This document shows positions 51,104 to 60,625 of a stretch of DNA of 64,000 bases, piece after piece. The notes beneath the pieces are model-generated. The model did no database searches, was not told the origin of the DNA, and worked only from the letters and a program-made list of their open reading frames with translations. This stretch comes from Devosia sp. Lineage in GTDB: Bacteria > Pseudomonadota > Alphaproteobacteria > Rhizobiales > Devosiaceae. Every line of letters begins with the position of its first letter. Position 1 is the first letter of the stretch. The position numbers were made by a program, and so were the translations under genes. The stretch covers positions 247,010 through 311,009 of the forward strand of contig CP051235.1 in assembly GCA_017794705.1 (NCBI GenBank), read 5' to 3'.

Positions 51104-51910
51104 TTTGTCGGCCGCGCGAATTTCATTCCAGTAGCCGTCAAGGATGTCTAGTCCGGCGTGAGAAGGTTCCAGGCCGTCCTCAGAACAGCGTTGTTCGACG
51201 TAACGGAAACGGCGGGCAAACTTGGCGTTGGCATCGCTCAATGCCGCTTCCGGTTGGATGCCTGCCTTGCGCGCCAGATTGACAACGGCAAACAGCAGAT
51301 CGCCGATTTCTTCGTGAACTCGCGAGGTTTGGCCACTTGTCATTGCGTCTTCGGTCTCGGCGAGTTCTTCACGAACCTTGCCGGTGACGTCTTCAAAGTT
51401 GTCCCAGTCGAACCCAACCGTGGCAGCGCGCCGGGTGAGCTTTTCGGCGCGTGAAAGCGCGGGCAGGGCGCCGGGAACGTCGTCCAGCAGAGACGGCGCC
51501 CGCACCTGTCCGCGGCGTTTGGCGCGCGCCTCGCGTTCAGCCGCCTTGATTTCATCCCACTGGCCGCTGACCCCTTCGCTGTCGAGACCGGAAATGTTGC
51601 CGAAAACATGCGGGTGGCGCCGGATCAACTTTTCGCTGATGCTCCTGATCACGTCATTTATGCTGAAATAACCGGCTTCAGATGCCATTTGGGCGTGATA
51701 GACTGGCTGCAGCAGCAAATCGCCGAGTTCACCCTTCAGGTCTTCAAAGTCCTCGCGTTCGATCGCGTCTGCAACTTCGTAGGCTTCTTCGATCGTGTAG
51801 TGACTGATGGACTTGAAGTCCTGTTCGAGATCCCACGGACAACCGCCGTCCGGATCACGCAGTCTGGCCATGATTTTGACAAGACGGGAAAAATCGCCGG
51901 ATGGTTCCAC
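51044..51910 (-). CDS. mazG: nucleoside triphosphate pyrophosphohydrolase MazG
   Basis: LVKIMARLRDPDGGCPWDLEQDFKSI..EEAYEV and a second EE..GDLLF module give tandem MazG domains. GTG at 51910 lies 7 nt after GGAG. Confidence 0.85.
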   Translation of the reverse strand: MEPSGDFSRLVKIMARLRDPDGGCPWDLEQDFKSISHYTIEEAYEVADAIEREDFEDLKGELGDLLLQPVYHAQMASEAGYFSINDVIRSISEKLIRRHPHVFGNISGLDSEGVSGQWDEIKAAEREARAKRRGQVRAPSLLDDVPGALPALSRAEKLTRRAATVGFDWDNFEDVTGKVREELAETEDAMTSGQTSRVHEEIGDLLFAVVNLARKAGIQPEAALSDANAKFARRFRYVEQRCSEDGLEPSHAGLDILDGYWNEIRAADKSGRDILPGDDPSGEPFQKS

Positions 51911-52051
51911 GGAGCAACTCCAGGGCTTTGGGGAATCGATTGGACCTCAGGGTATCTCAAACAGTTGCGGCCGCGAAAGAAGGGGATGTCCGTGAGCGTC
52001 GCTCAGTCAGACGCTGCAAAACGGAGTGCATGGTTCCACATCAAGTTTTCG

Positions 52052-52067
52052 CATAATATATATTATG
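52052..52067. repeat. perfect 16-bp palindrome CATAATATATATTATG in an AT-rich intergenic island (function unknown)
   Basis: Read directly from the sequence and self-complementary over all 16 positions. It is embedded in a ~60-nt AT-rich stretch that is unusual for this GC-rich window. Confidence 0.8.
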
Positions 52068-52139
52068 GAACTTTCTAATGTATGAGTTTTGAGAAAGATT
52101 GGTGTTTTGGCCGGACATGCAGCTTGACCGTTCCGCTGC

Positions 52140-52967
52140 CTATCTGCCCGAAGGTATCTCGATCCGCATGCCATCGTATGCCGGCTCGATGTGTGGCGGC
52201 GTTTGGGCCGCGACAGTTCTGTAGTCCATGTCGATATGCATGTTGGTCAGAATTCCGCGGCGTGCGCCAAAGCGCTCAATCCAGGACACGGCTTCGGGCA
52301 ACGACAGATGACTGGGGTGCGGCTTGGGACGCAAGGCGTCGAGAATCCAGACGTCGAGGTCTTGCAGGTCACGATGGGACGTTTCGGGAAAGCCGGACAC
52401 GTCACAGGAGTAAAGCAGTCCGCCGATGCGGAATCCCAGCGATGTGATGTCGCCATGCTCCTGCAGTACCGGCTGTAGCGATATCGGTCCGCCGCCGCCG
52501 GAAATCGTGATTTCCTCGTCCGGTTCGATTTCGTGCCCATTGAGGATCGGCGGATATTCGCTGCCTGGCGGTGCCGCGAAGCAATAGCCGAATGCAGCGT
52601 GCAGGCGTTGGCCCGTTTGGTTTGAAAAGTAGACGTCGACGCGTTTGCGGTTTGACAGAGCGAGGACCCGCAAGTCGTCGATTCCGTGCGTGTGGTCGGC
52701 GTGTTCATGAGTATAGAACACTGCGTCCAGGTGTTCGACCTGGGCGTCGAGCAACTGCTGGCGAAGGTCGGCACCTGTGTCTATCAACACTTGTGTGGGT
52801 TCCGGGTTTCCGGGAAGCGTTGACGTGATCAACAGGCTGCAGCGTTTGCGTTGATTCCGCGGCTCCTTGGAGTCGCAGTCGCCCCAATTGTTGCCGATGC
52901 GCGGAACTCCGCCGGACGAACCGCATCCGAGGATGGTCGCGACGATGCGTTGCCCGGGCATTGTCAC
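52140..52967 (-). CDS. MBL-fold metallo-hydrolase (PhnP/GPDQ-like)
   Basis: It has an HEHADHTHG metal-binding motif and overlaps tatD. The start may be GTG 52967 or ATG 52961. Confidence 0.7.
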   Translation of the reverse strand: MTMPGQRIVATILGCGSSGGVPRIGNNWGDCDSKEPRNQRKRCSLLITSTLPGNPEPTQVLIDTGADLRQQLLDAQVEHLDAVFYTHEHADHTHGIDDLRVLALSNRKRVDVYFSNQTGQRLHAAFGYCFAAPPGSEYPPILNGHEIEPDEEITISGGGGPISLQPVLQEHGDITSLGFRIGGLLYSCDVSGFPETSHRDLQDLDVWILDALRPKPHPSHLSLPEAVSWIERFGARRGILTNMHIDMDYRTVAAQTPPHIEPAYDGMRIEIPSGR

Positions 52968-53749
52968 GTGCCGGTCACGCCTGTTTTGGCGAATAATGTG
53001 CCGAAGTTTCTGGTCGTCAACGCTGCGAGGGTTTCGAAATCCAGGCCCCGAACCTCGGCCAGCCGTTCGGCCGTGTGTCGCACGAAAGATGGTTCGTTGG
53101 ATTTGCCGCGGTGCGGCACCGGTGCCAGATATGGCGCATCGGTTTCCACAAGAATGCGATCCTCAGGCGCGAACGCGGCGACTTCGCGGATTTCTTCGGC
53201 GTTGTTGAAAGTCAGAATACCCGAGAATGACACGTATCCGCCGAGATCCAGACCCGTGCGGGCCAATTCGGCGCCGGAAGAAAAGCAATGCAAAACAAAC
53301 GGGAAGGCCCCCTTCCCCGACTCCTCGATGAGGATTTGGGCCATATCCTCGTCGGCACTGCGGGAGTGAATGACGAGCGGCAGTCCGGTCTCGCGGGCGG
53401 CCGCGATATGGCGGCGAAAGCCTTCTGCCTGAGCCTCACGTGGAGAATTGTCGTAGTGGTAGTCGAGACCGGCTTCGCCGATTGCGACACATTTTGGATG
53501 TACGGAAAGCCGCACTAGGTCTTCCGTTGAGATATGAAGCTCTTCGTGGGCGTTGTGCGGATGTGTGCCGACGGAACACCACACATTGTCATGCGCTTCG
53601 GCGATGGAAGTGATTTCGTCGAAGCGCTCGACGCGGGTTGAAATTGTGACACAACCAATCACGCCTGCTTCCCGCATCCGATCCATCACCCCGGCAAGGT
53701 CAGATTGCAGGGCGTCGAAGTCCAGGTGGCAGTGGGAATCAATCAGCAT
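52964..53749 (-). CDS. tatD: TatD family metal-dependent hydrolase
   Basis: MLIDSHCHLDF..HSR..ETDAPYL are canonical TatD motifs. Confidence 0.85.
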   Translation of the reverse strand: MLIDSHCHLDFDALQSDLAGVMDRMREAGVIGCVTISTRVERFDEITSIAEAHDNVWCSVGTHPHNAHEELHISTEDLVRLSVHPKCVAIGEAGLDYHYDNSPREAQAEGFRRHIAAARETGLPLVIHSRSADEDMAQILIEESGKGAFPFVLHCFSSGAELARTGLDLGGYVSFSGILTFNNAEEIREVAAFAPEDRILVETDAPYLAPVPHRGKSNEPSFVRHTAERLAEVRGLDFETLAALTTRNFGTLFAKTGVTGT

Positions 53750-53782
53750 TTCAAACTCTAGCCGTCTGCGTGGACTGCACGC

Positions 53783-55330
53783 TCAGGTTTCGGTCTCGTC
53801 GACATATCGTGGGAAGACGCCCTGCGGTGCGGGCAATTCCGTTCCTGGTGTGAGGCGCCCTTTCTCACCGAGTTGCGCGAAGTCGCGTGCACCCTCTTCG
53901 AGGCTCAGGAGATCCAGCAGTTTGCCCGCTGATTCAGGCATCACGGGTTGCGCCAGAATGGCGACCTGGCGGATAATTTCCGCGGTGACGTAAAGCACGG
54001 TCGCCATGCGGGCCGGGTCGGTTTTCTTAAGCGCCCAGGGCTCCTGAGCGGCGAAGTAGCGGTTGGCATCGGCGACGACCTTCCAGACGGCGTTGAGCCA
54101 GGTGTGCAGGGCCTGAGCATTCACAGCGTCGCGTGAGGGCGCGAGTAGTCCGTCGGCGGCGTCCAGGATTGCCTTGTCTTCGGCGCTCAATTCGCCGGGT
54201 TCCGGCACTTTGCCATCGCAGTTCTTGGCGACCATCGACAAGGACCGTTGCGCCAGATTGCCAAGGTCATTGGCGAGGTCGGCGTTGATGCGGTTGACGA
54301 TGGTTTCGTGGCTGTAGGAGCCGTCGGAGCCGAAGTTCACCTCACGCAGGAAATAGTATCGCATGGCGTCAACGCCATATTGTTCAGCGATGGCGAACGG
54401 GTCGACAACATTGCCGACCGACTTGGACATTTTCTCACCGCGGTTAAACAGGAAGCCGTGGGCAAAAACGCGTTTGGGCAGTTCGATGCCGGCTGACATC
54501 AGGAATGCGGGCCAATAGACAGCGTGGAAACGCACGATGTCCTTCCCGATCATGTGAACGTCTGCGGGCCAGTAATGCGCTCGCTCGGCGTTGGCATCGG
54601 GGAAGCCGGTTGCCGTCAGATAGTTGGTAAGCGCGTCGACCCAGACATACATGACATGCTTGTCGTTGCCCGGAACCTTGACGCCCCAGTCAAAGGTCGC
54701 CCGCGAGATAGACAGATCCTTGAGGCCGGATTTGACGAAGCTGACGACTTCATTCCGACGTTCAGGCGGCGCGATGAAATCGGGATTGGCGTCATAGTGC
54801 GCGAGCAGCTTGTCGGCGTAGGTAGACAGGCGGAAAAAGTAGCTTTCTTCGACGACCCATTCGACCGGTGAGCCCAGTGGTTCGCGCCGTACGCCATCGT
54901 CGCCGACGGTGGTCTCTTTTTCGTCGAAGAAGCCCTCCTGGCGGACAGAATACCAGCCTTCGTACTTGCCGAGGTAGATGTCACCATTGGCTTCCATGCG
55001 CTTCCAGATTTCCTCGGAGGCACGGTGGTGACGTGGTTCTGTTGTGCGGATGAAATCGTCAAACGAGATGTTCAGCGCGGACCAGAGTTCGCGGAACACG
55101 TTGGCGTTGCGGGTTGCCAGATCGATGGTCGCAATGCCTTCCTTTTCGGCGGTCTGCTGCATTTTCAAACCATGCTCGTCGGTACCCGTGAGGAAGAACA
55201 CATCGCGTCCGTCCAGCCGGTGAAAACGCGCAATCGCATCACAGGCCAGCGCAGTGTAGGCATGGCCAATGTGCGGAACGCCATTGGGATAGAAAATCGG
55301 CGTGGTGATGTAGAAACTGGGTTTGGTCAT
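53783..55330 (-). CDS. metG: methionine--tRNA ligase
   Basis: [20 protein letters not shown] (HIGH) and KMSKSVGN (KMSKS). Confidence 0.9.
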   Translation of the reverse strand: MTKPSFYITTPIFYPNGVPHIGHAYTALACDAIARFHRLDGRDVFFLTGTDEHGLKMQQTAEKEGIATIDLATRNANVFRELWSALNISFDDFIRTTEPRHHRASEEIWKRMEANGDIYLGKYEGWYSVRQEGFFDEKETTVGDDGVRREPLGSPVEWVVEESYFFRLSTYADKLLAHYDANPDFIAPPERRNEVVSFVKSGLKDLSISRATFDWGVKVPGNDKHVMYVWVDALTNYLTATGFPDANAERAHYWPADVHMIGKDIVRFHAVYWPAFLMSAGIELPKRVFAHGFLFNRGEKMSKSVGNVVDPFAIAEQYGVDAMRYYFLREVNFGSDGSYSHETIVNRINADLANDLGNLAQRSLSMVAKNCDGKVPEPGELSAEDKAILDAADGLLAPSRDAVNAQALHTWLNAVWKVVADANRYFAAQEPWALKKTDPARMATVLYVTAEIIRQVAILAQPVMPESAGKLLDLLSLEEGARDFAQLGEKGRLTPGTELPAPQGVFPRYVDETET

Positions 55331-55333
55331 AAA

Positions 55334-56371
55334 TCAGGCGCTCAGGCGTTCCGAAACAAGCCGGGCGTGCCGTCTGATCGCATCCAGAATGGTGATCAGC
55401 GTCTGCCGCGGGTCGAGATTGTAGATGTCCGCATCCGAAAACAATGCGCCGGACTTTTCCCACAGGGCGTTGGCTGAAGCAAGCCGCCTACGGTCGCCCC
55501 CGCTGCCTGCGGCAATGGCTTCCCTGGCGATCCAGTTCAGGACGATTTCGCGGGCGAAACCGGTTTCCAGCGGCTTCTGGGTGCCGGTGAGCGCTTCGGC
55601 AAGTTTCAGGGGCGCAAGATCATCCATTTCATCTGGTGCGGTGAGCCAGGTTTCCAGCTTTTGCAGGTCCTTGTTGTTAGCAACAGCCAAAGCCTCGAGG
55701 GCGCGGCGCGGGCGGCCACCTGCCAACTCGATCGCGCGGGAAACGGATTCTGGTTCGGCATCGGTGAGGCCTGCCATCGCATCGGTCATTTCTGCGTCAT
55801 CCAGACTGCGTAGCGGATGATCCTGGCAGCGCGAGTGAATGGTCGGCAGCAATTGTCCCGGGCGGTGTGAGATCAGAATGAAGTGGGTATCGGCCGGTGG
55901 TTCTTCGAGTGTCTTGAGAAGTGCGTTGGCAGAGGAGGCGTTGCAGTCGTCGATCGAGTCGACGATGCAGACACGGTGCCCCGCCCTGCCCCGTGTCTGG
56001 TGCATGCGATCAATGAGGTGGCGGACTTCCTCGACCCTGATCACAGTGTAGAAGGCCTTGCCGTCATCCCGGAGTTTGCGTCTGAGAACGAAGACGTTGG
56101 GATGAACGCCGGCGGCGATCTGTTCCGCGACCCGGTTGGCGTCTTCGTCTCCGGTCTGGACGAGAATGCGCTCGGCCAGTTTGAAGGCCAGAGTGGCCTT
56201 GCCAATGCCGCGCGGTCCGTGCAGCAGAACGCCGCCGGGCAAGCGATCATTCTCCATCTGCCGGAGCAAGCGATCCATCACCATTTGGTGGCCAACGAGG
56301 CGCGGGTTCTGTTCGGGCGCGGCAATGCCGACAATCTGGTCTGCTTCGCGCTGATCTTCAAAGTCACTCAT
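55334..56371 (-). CDS. holB: DNA polymerase III subunit delta'
   Basis: LLHGPRGIGKATLAFKLAERIL is a clamp-loader AAA+ sequence with a degenerate Walker A. The tmk-holB-metG order is conserved. Confidence 0.8.
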   Translation of the reverse strand: MSDFEDQREADQIVGIAAPEQNPRLVGHQMVMDRLLRQMENDRLPGGVLLHGPRGIGKATLAFKLAERILVQTGDEDANRVAEQIAAGVHPNVFVLRRKLRDDGKAFYTVIRVEEVRHLIDRMHQTRGRAGHRVCIVDSIDDCNASSANALLKTLEEPPADTHFILISHRPGQLLPTIHSRCQDHPLRSLDDAEMTDAMAGLTDAEPESVSRAIELAGGRPRRALEALAVANNKDLQKLETWLTAPDEMDDLAPLKLAEALTGTQKPLETGFAREIVLNWIAREAIAAGSGGDRRRLASANALWEKSGALFSDADIYNLDPRQTLITILDAIRRHARLVSERLSA

Positions 56372-56380
56372 GCCGGCACC

Positions 56381-57067
56381 TTAACCGGTCATGGCGCGCG
56401 TGACCTCTGGAAAATGTGCGCAAACCGACTGCCAGACATTCTCGGCAACTGATTCCGCATCCTGCTCGGCGGAAATGACGACGCACCGGTCGCGATTTTT
56501 TTCCGCGATGTCGAGGAAGGCCGCGCGCAGCCGCCCGTGCCAGTTGAGGTCTTCTTTCTCGAAGCGGTCAGCGACACTCGGGATGCCGTCCTCCAGTGCC
56601 CGCTGCGCTACCCGCTCGAAGGCCTTGTCGGGGGGCATGTCCAGGATGATCGTCAAATCAGGCGTGTGACCTTCAAGTGCGAGCTCCTCAAGGGCGTCGA
56701 TCAGAAGCGGCTGCACACCGCCGGTCAGGCCCTGATAGGCGCGGGTGGAATCCGAAAACCGGTCGGAAAGCACCCAGTTTCCGCGTTCCAGATTGGGCGC
56801 TATCAATTGGGTCACGTGATCGTGGCGGGCGGCCGCGAACAAAACTGCTTCGGCACCGGCACCCCATTCCTCCGAGCGCCCCTGGAGAATGAATGAGCGG
56901 ATGGCTTCTGCCTTGGGGGTGCCGCCCGGTTCACGGGTTCGAACTGCCTTGATGCCGGCGTGACCGAGGCGCGTCAAAAGCCGTTTGACCTGAGTGGATT
57001 TACCGACCCCCTCACCGCCCTCAAAGGTGATGAACTTGGCCGGCGAACGGGGCTGACTATCTGGCAT
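56381..57067 (-). CDS. tmk: dTMP kinase
   Basis: FITFEGGEGVGKSTQ is the P-loop and TREPGGT lies in the LID region. ATG at 57067 is preferred. GTG at 57100, which overlaps the upstream stop, is an alternative. Confidence 0.85.
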   Translation of the reverse strand: MPDSQPRSPAKFITFEGGEGVGKSTQVKRLLTRLGHAGIKAVRTREPGGTPKAEAIRSFILQGRSEEWGAGAEAVLFAAARHDHVTQLIAPNLERGNWVLSDRFSDSTRAYQGLTGGVQPLLIDALEELALEGHTPDLTIILDMPPDKAFERVAQRALEDGIPSVADRFEKEDLNWHGRLRAAFLDIAEKNRDRCVVISAEQDAESVAENVWQSVCAHFPEVTRAMTG

Positions 57068-57090
57068 TGGATCGGCTTTTCCCGATTTGG

Positions 57091-58263
57091 CTAGATCCAC
57101 CCCAAGGCCAATTCCTTGAGCGCATCCAGAGATCTCCGCGTCAACGAGCCTTGCTCCACCGAACCCGCAGCATAAAGCGGTGCCGACTGAATCAGTTGTT
57201 CGTCACAATAGACGCGTAACTCAGCAAGCCTGTCCCCTTCAACCACCGGCGGAAGGATGGGTGCCTGGTAGGCGATTTCACCGCGCAGGCAACGCCGCCC
57301 GCCGCGGGGCAGGTAAAGGGTCAGCTCACTTTCGCCGACCAGTCCGACGTTGGGTTCCTCGCCGCCGTAAACATCGGCGTAGCCAACAATTTCGCCATCG
57401 GCAAAGGCATTCACGAGCTCGAACGCACGGCTGCCCCATGTGATGAGTTTGCGGGCTTCTTCGGCGCGCTCCTCCAGGGATTCAAGACCGTGGATAACCG
57501 CGATCAAGCGCCGTCCACCTTCTGTCGTGGAGGCCACAATGCCGTAGCCGGCGGCTTCGGTGTGCCCCGTTTTCAGACCATCGACGCCGATTCCGTCATC
57601 CAGCAGCACGTTGCGATTGGACTGGTTGATGCCGTTCCACTCAAAACGCGGCACCGAGAAAATGTCGTAGTACTCAGGGAATTCGCGAATGATGTATTGG
57701 GCGATCAACGCCAGGTCGCGCGCCGAGGCATACTGATCCGGGTCGGGCAGACCTGTTGAATTGGTGAAGTGTGAATGCGTCAGGCCGATCTCGTCGGCCA
57801 TGTCGTTCATGATCAGGGCAAACGTGTCTTCTGAACCTGCGATGCCCTCGGCCAGCGCCATGCTGGCATCGTTGCCGGACTGGATGATCACCGAGTGAAC
57901 GAGATTGTCGACTGACACTTTTGAGCCGAGTTCGGCAAACATGGTCGAACCGCCGGAGGCGGCGCCCCCTTCCCGCCAGGCCCTTTCGGAGATGAAAAAC
58001 TCGTCTTCAAGGCTCAACCGGCCGGATTTCAGCATGTCAAAAACAACGGCCAGCGTCATGAGCTTGGCCATGCTGGCCGGCTCCATGGGTTCGTCGGCCT
58101 CTTTCTGGTACAGAATGGTCCCGGATTCATAGTCCATCAGCACCGCGAAACGGGCCTTGGTGGTGAAATCCAGCTGTGCCAGTGACGGAATGACAGAGAC
58201 CCCAAGCGCGAAGTTTCCAACCATCAGAATCACAAGAAGTTTGAGCAAATTGGGCGGTTTCAT
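57091..58263 (-). CDS. D-alanyl-D-alanine carboxypeptidase (PBP5/6 class serine peptidase S11)
   Basis: Signal peptide MKPPNLLKLLVILMVGNFALG..A, active-site SMAKLMT (SxxK), SGND (SxN) and KTGHT (KTG). Confidence 0.8.
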   Translation of the reverse strand: MKPPNLLKLLVILMVGNFALGVSVIPSLAQLDFTTKARFAVLMDYESGTILYQKEADEPMEPASMAKLMTLAVVFDMLKSGRLSLEDEFFISERAWREGGAASGGSTMFAELGSKVSVDNLVHSVIIQSGNDASMALAEGIAGSEDTFALIMNDMADEIGLTHSHFTNSTGLPDPDQYASARDLALIAQYIIREFPEYYDIFSVPRFEWNGINQSNRNVLLDDGIGVDGLKTGHTEAAGYGIVASTTEGGRRLIAVIHGLESLEERAEEARKLITWGSRAFELVNAFADGEIVGYADVYGGEEPNVGLVGESELTLYLPRGGRRCLRGEIAYQAPILPPVVEGDRLAELRVYCDEQLIQSAPLYAAGSVEQGSLTRRSLDALKELALGWI

Positions 58264-58325
58264 CGGCCTTACGCGCACTCCGGGGCTTCAGTTTGAGTGT
58301 ATTGTACCGGCCAATTGCTGCCGGT

Positions 58326-59381
58326 CTATGGCGACGGCGAAATTTCCGTCACAAGCGCATTCACATCTTCTCGTGTGACGCCGGGTTTCAACCAGGTCAA
58401 GTTGAGCCGCACCATGCCTTCGGGCAGGCCGGTATGGTCGTAGTCGACTGCGCCCAACACGGCGAACTGACGTGCCGCCTCGTTGGCATGCTCAAGCCTG
58501 TTGAAAATGCCCACGGAAATGTCGACGTCGCGCGCGTCCAGATCGTTGGCCAGCCGCCAGGTTTCGAGATCGCCCGGGTTCTGGGCCATCGCTTCTGTGG
58601 CGGCAAAGGCCTGATTGATGACCACCCCGCCTGCCTGTGTGTCGGCATAGGAGAACAGGCTGACAACTGACCCCAGCAGGCCGCCGGCTTCGCGGCTGAT
58701 CGGACTCGGCCGCTGGTTGGCCAGCACGGACGGACCCTGGTTGAAGCCGCCGCCGGTTGGCACGGTGGCGTTTGGTGAGTTGATCGAGGCGATCAGATAA
58801 CGCGAATCATCGCCTTCCAGCGGGGCATTGCCGACGTACTGAACGCGAACGCGCGCGGTGCCGCTGTTTACAAATCCCAGCACTTCAGCGGTGCGCTGCG
58901 ACACATCAATAAGCCGATTGTGGGCGAACGGACCACGATCATTGACCCGCACGATGGCAGAACGGCCATTGCCGAGATTCGTCACGCGCACGTAAGACGG
59001 CAGCGGCAGCGTGGGATGCGCGGCACTCAGGAAGCCGGAGTCAAAGATTTCGCCGTTTGCTGTTACGCGGCCATGAAAATTCGGTCCGTACCAGGAGGCT
59101 GTGCCAGACTCATCATAATCGGGGTCGACTTCGGGGTGAAACCAGCGTCCCGCAACACGGTATGGACGCCCGACCTGGTAACGCCCTCCCCCGCGCGGCA
59201 CCGGCCCAAAGCGGATGACCCGTTCCGACGCGGCGACACCATAATCGGCGCTTGAGAACTTGATGCCGTCACCGTCGAACAGACCGGAACCGCTGCATGC
59301 CGACAGGCCCGCCGCCATCACGGCGGCTGCCAGCGCCTGCACCGAGGCGCGCATCAATCTGTGTCCTGACGCAATACTCAT
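58326..59381 (-). CDS. rlpA: septal ring lytic transglycosylase RlpA family lipoprotein with C-terminal SPOR domain
   Basis: Lipobox AAGLSAC, then the DPBB core TASWYGPNFHGRVTANGEIFD..VRVTNLGNGRSAIVRVNDRGPF. The start is at M46 of the track ORF. Confidence 0.8.
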   Translation of the reverse strand: MSIASGHRLMRASVQALAAAVMAAGLSACSGSGLFDGDGIKFSSADYGVAASERVIRFGPVPRGGGRYQVGRPYRVAGRWFHPEVDPDYDESGTASWYGPNFHGRVTANGEIFDSGFLSAAHPTLPLPSYVRVTNLGNGRSAIVRVNDRGPFAHNRLIDVSQRTAEVLGFVNSGTARVRVQYVGNAPLEGDDSRYLIASINSPNATVPTGGGFNQGPSVLANQRPSPISREAGGLLGSVVSLFSYADTQAGGVVINQAFAATEAMAQNPGDLETWRLANDLDARDVDISVGIFNRLEHANEAARQFAVLGAVDYDHTGLPEGMVRLNLTWLKPGVTREDVNALVTEISPSP

Positions 59382-59530
59382 AGGACCCCGTTTGGATATG
59401 CACAATTTAACCCAAACTGCGCGTATCCAAACCCAATGCCCTGCCCGTGGTTGATTTCGCGTTAAGAGGCAGCACTTGCCGGCAGCGAAACCCATAACCC
59501 GAGAACCCGCTTGCATAAGGATTTTCGGTC

Positions 59531-59550
59531 ATATAAAGAAATCTTTATAT
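59531..59550. promoter_or_regulatory. candidate operator: perfect inverted repeat ATATAAAGA-AA-TCTTTATAT
   Basis: It has 9-bp perfect arms and a 2-nt spacer. It lies 42 nt upstream of the ATG of the first gene of the split methionine-synthase cluster. It is AT-rich in a GC-rich genome. Confidence 0.35.
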
Positions 59551-59591
59551 CCCTGCCGCACTTTGAGGCGGTGAACTTTTTGGAACTTTGA

Positions 59592-60593
59592 ATGTCGAAA
59601 CTTGCCGAACTGCTGAGCGAAAAGCGTGTGCTGCTGGCCGACGGGGCCACCGGCACAAATCTGTTCGACATGGGGCTGGTTTCCGGGATGGCGCCCGAAA
59701 TCTGGAATTTTGAACTGGCCGACAATATCCGCAGCCTGCACCAGGGCTTTGTGGACGCGGGTTCCGACATTCTTGTCACCAATTCATTCGGTGGTTCTGC
59801 GCGGCGACTGAAACTGCACAATCTCGACGGGCGGGTCCGTGAGATCAACGCGCGGGCTGCTGAAATCGCGGCAGAAATTGCAGCTCATGCCGGCCGGGAC
59901 ATTGTGATTGCGGGCTCCGTGGGTCCGACGGGTGACCTGTTTGCGCCGCTGGGTGAACTGACTGCCGAGCAGGCGGTCGAGGTGTTCATCGAGCAGATTG
60001 AAGGTCTGAAACAGGGTGGCGCTGATGTCGCCTGGATTGAGACCATGTCGGCGCCCGAAGAAATCAACGCGGCGCTTGAGGCTGCGCAACATGTGGGGAT
60101 CCCCGCCACCGTGACGGTGAGCTTTGACACGGCTGGCCGGTCCATGATGGGGCTGACGCCTGCCGGATTTGCCAGCGACATGGCGACCCGCGCCGAGCCG
60201 CCCGCGGCGATTGGTTCAAACTGCGGTGTCGGGGCTTCTGATCTCGTCAACGCCCTGCTCGACCTTGTGCCAGCCGCAAATGGTATTCCGGTGATCGCCA
60301 AGGCGAACGCGGGTGTGCCGCAGATCAAGGGTGAACACGTCGTTTATTCAGGCACGCCAGACCTGATGGAGACCTATGCCAAGCTGGCGATCGACGCCGG
60401 GGCGCGAATCATTGGTGGCTGCTGCGGCACCCGCGCCGAACATGTGGCGCGCATGCGCAAGGCGCTCGACACACACAATGGCGGGACGATCCCGACCCTA
60501 GAGGAAATCATCGAACGGCTCGGACCCCTGGTGGCGCCGCCATCGACCAAGACTTCGGGCCGTGGCGAAGGACGCCGCCGGCGTCGCGCCTGA
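59592..60593 (+). CDS. homocysteine S-methyltransferase domain protein (MetH module 1 / BHMT-like)
   Basis: LLADGATGTNLF..ETMS..GSNCG..IGGCCGT are Zn-binding Cys motifs of the Hcy-binding (S-methyl_trans) domain. It has an Arg-rich C-terminal tail. Confidence 0.8.
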   Translation: MSKLAELLSEKRVLLADGATGTNLFDMGLVSGMAPEIWNFELADNIRSLHQGFVDAGSDILVTNSFGGSARRLKLHNLDGRVREINARAAEIAAEIAAHAGRDIVIAGSVGPTGDLFAPLGELTAEQAVEVFIEQIEGLKQGGADVAWIETMSAPEEINAALEAAQHVGIPATVTVSFDTAGRSMMGLTPAGFASDMATRAEPPAAIGSNCGVGASDLVNALLDLVPAANGIPVIAKANAGVPQIKGEHVVYSGTPDLMETYAKLAIDAGARIIGGCCGTRAEHVARMRKALDTHNGGTIPTLEEIIERLGPLVAPPSTKTSGRGEGRRRRRA

Positions 60594-60625
60594 CCTCCGC
60601 GTACTGCGTTTCAAGGACCAAGTGA

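Noticed and set aside
52082-52447. 121-aa plus-strand ORF starting in the AT-rich island
   Set aside because: Most of it is antisense to the MBL-fold hydrolase gene. The product is Arg/Cys-rich with no motif, so it is unlikely to be coding.
59573-59586. GAAC-TTTTTG-GAAC just before the Hcy methyltransferase ATG, resembling a LexA box
   Set aside because: The spacer is 6 nt, not the 7 nt required for the alphaproteobacterial SOS box. It is probably coincidental or part of the RBS region.
59382-59591. Possible cobalamin or SAM-II riboswitch upstream of the B12-dependent methyltransferase cluster
   Set aside because: I found no B12-box-like (GCCACTG-type) core and no conserved SAM-II AAAGCU pseudoknot elements by eye. 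A covariance-model scan would be needed to exclude one fully.
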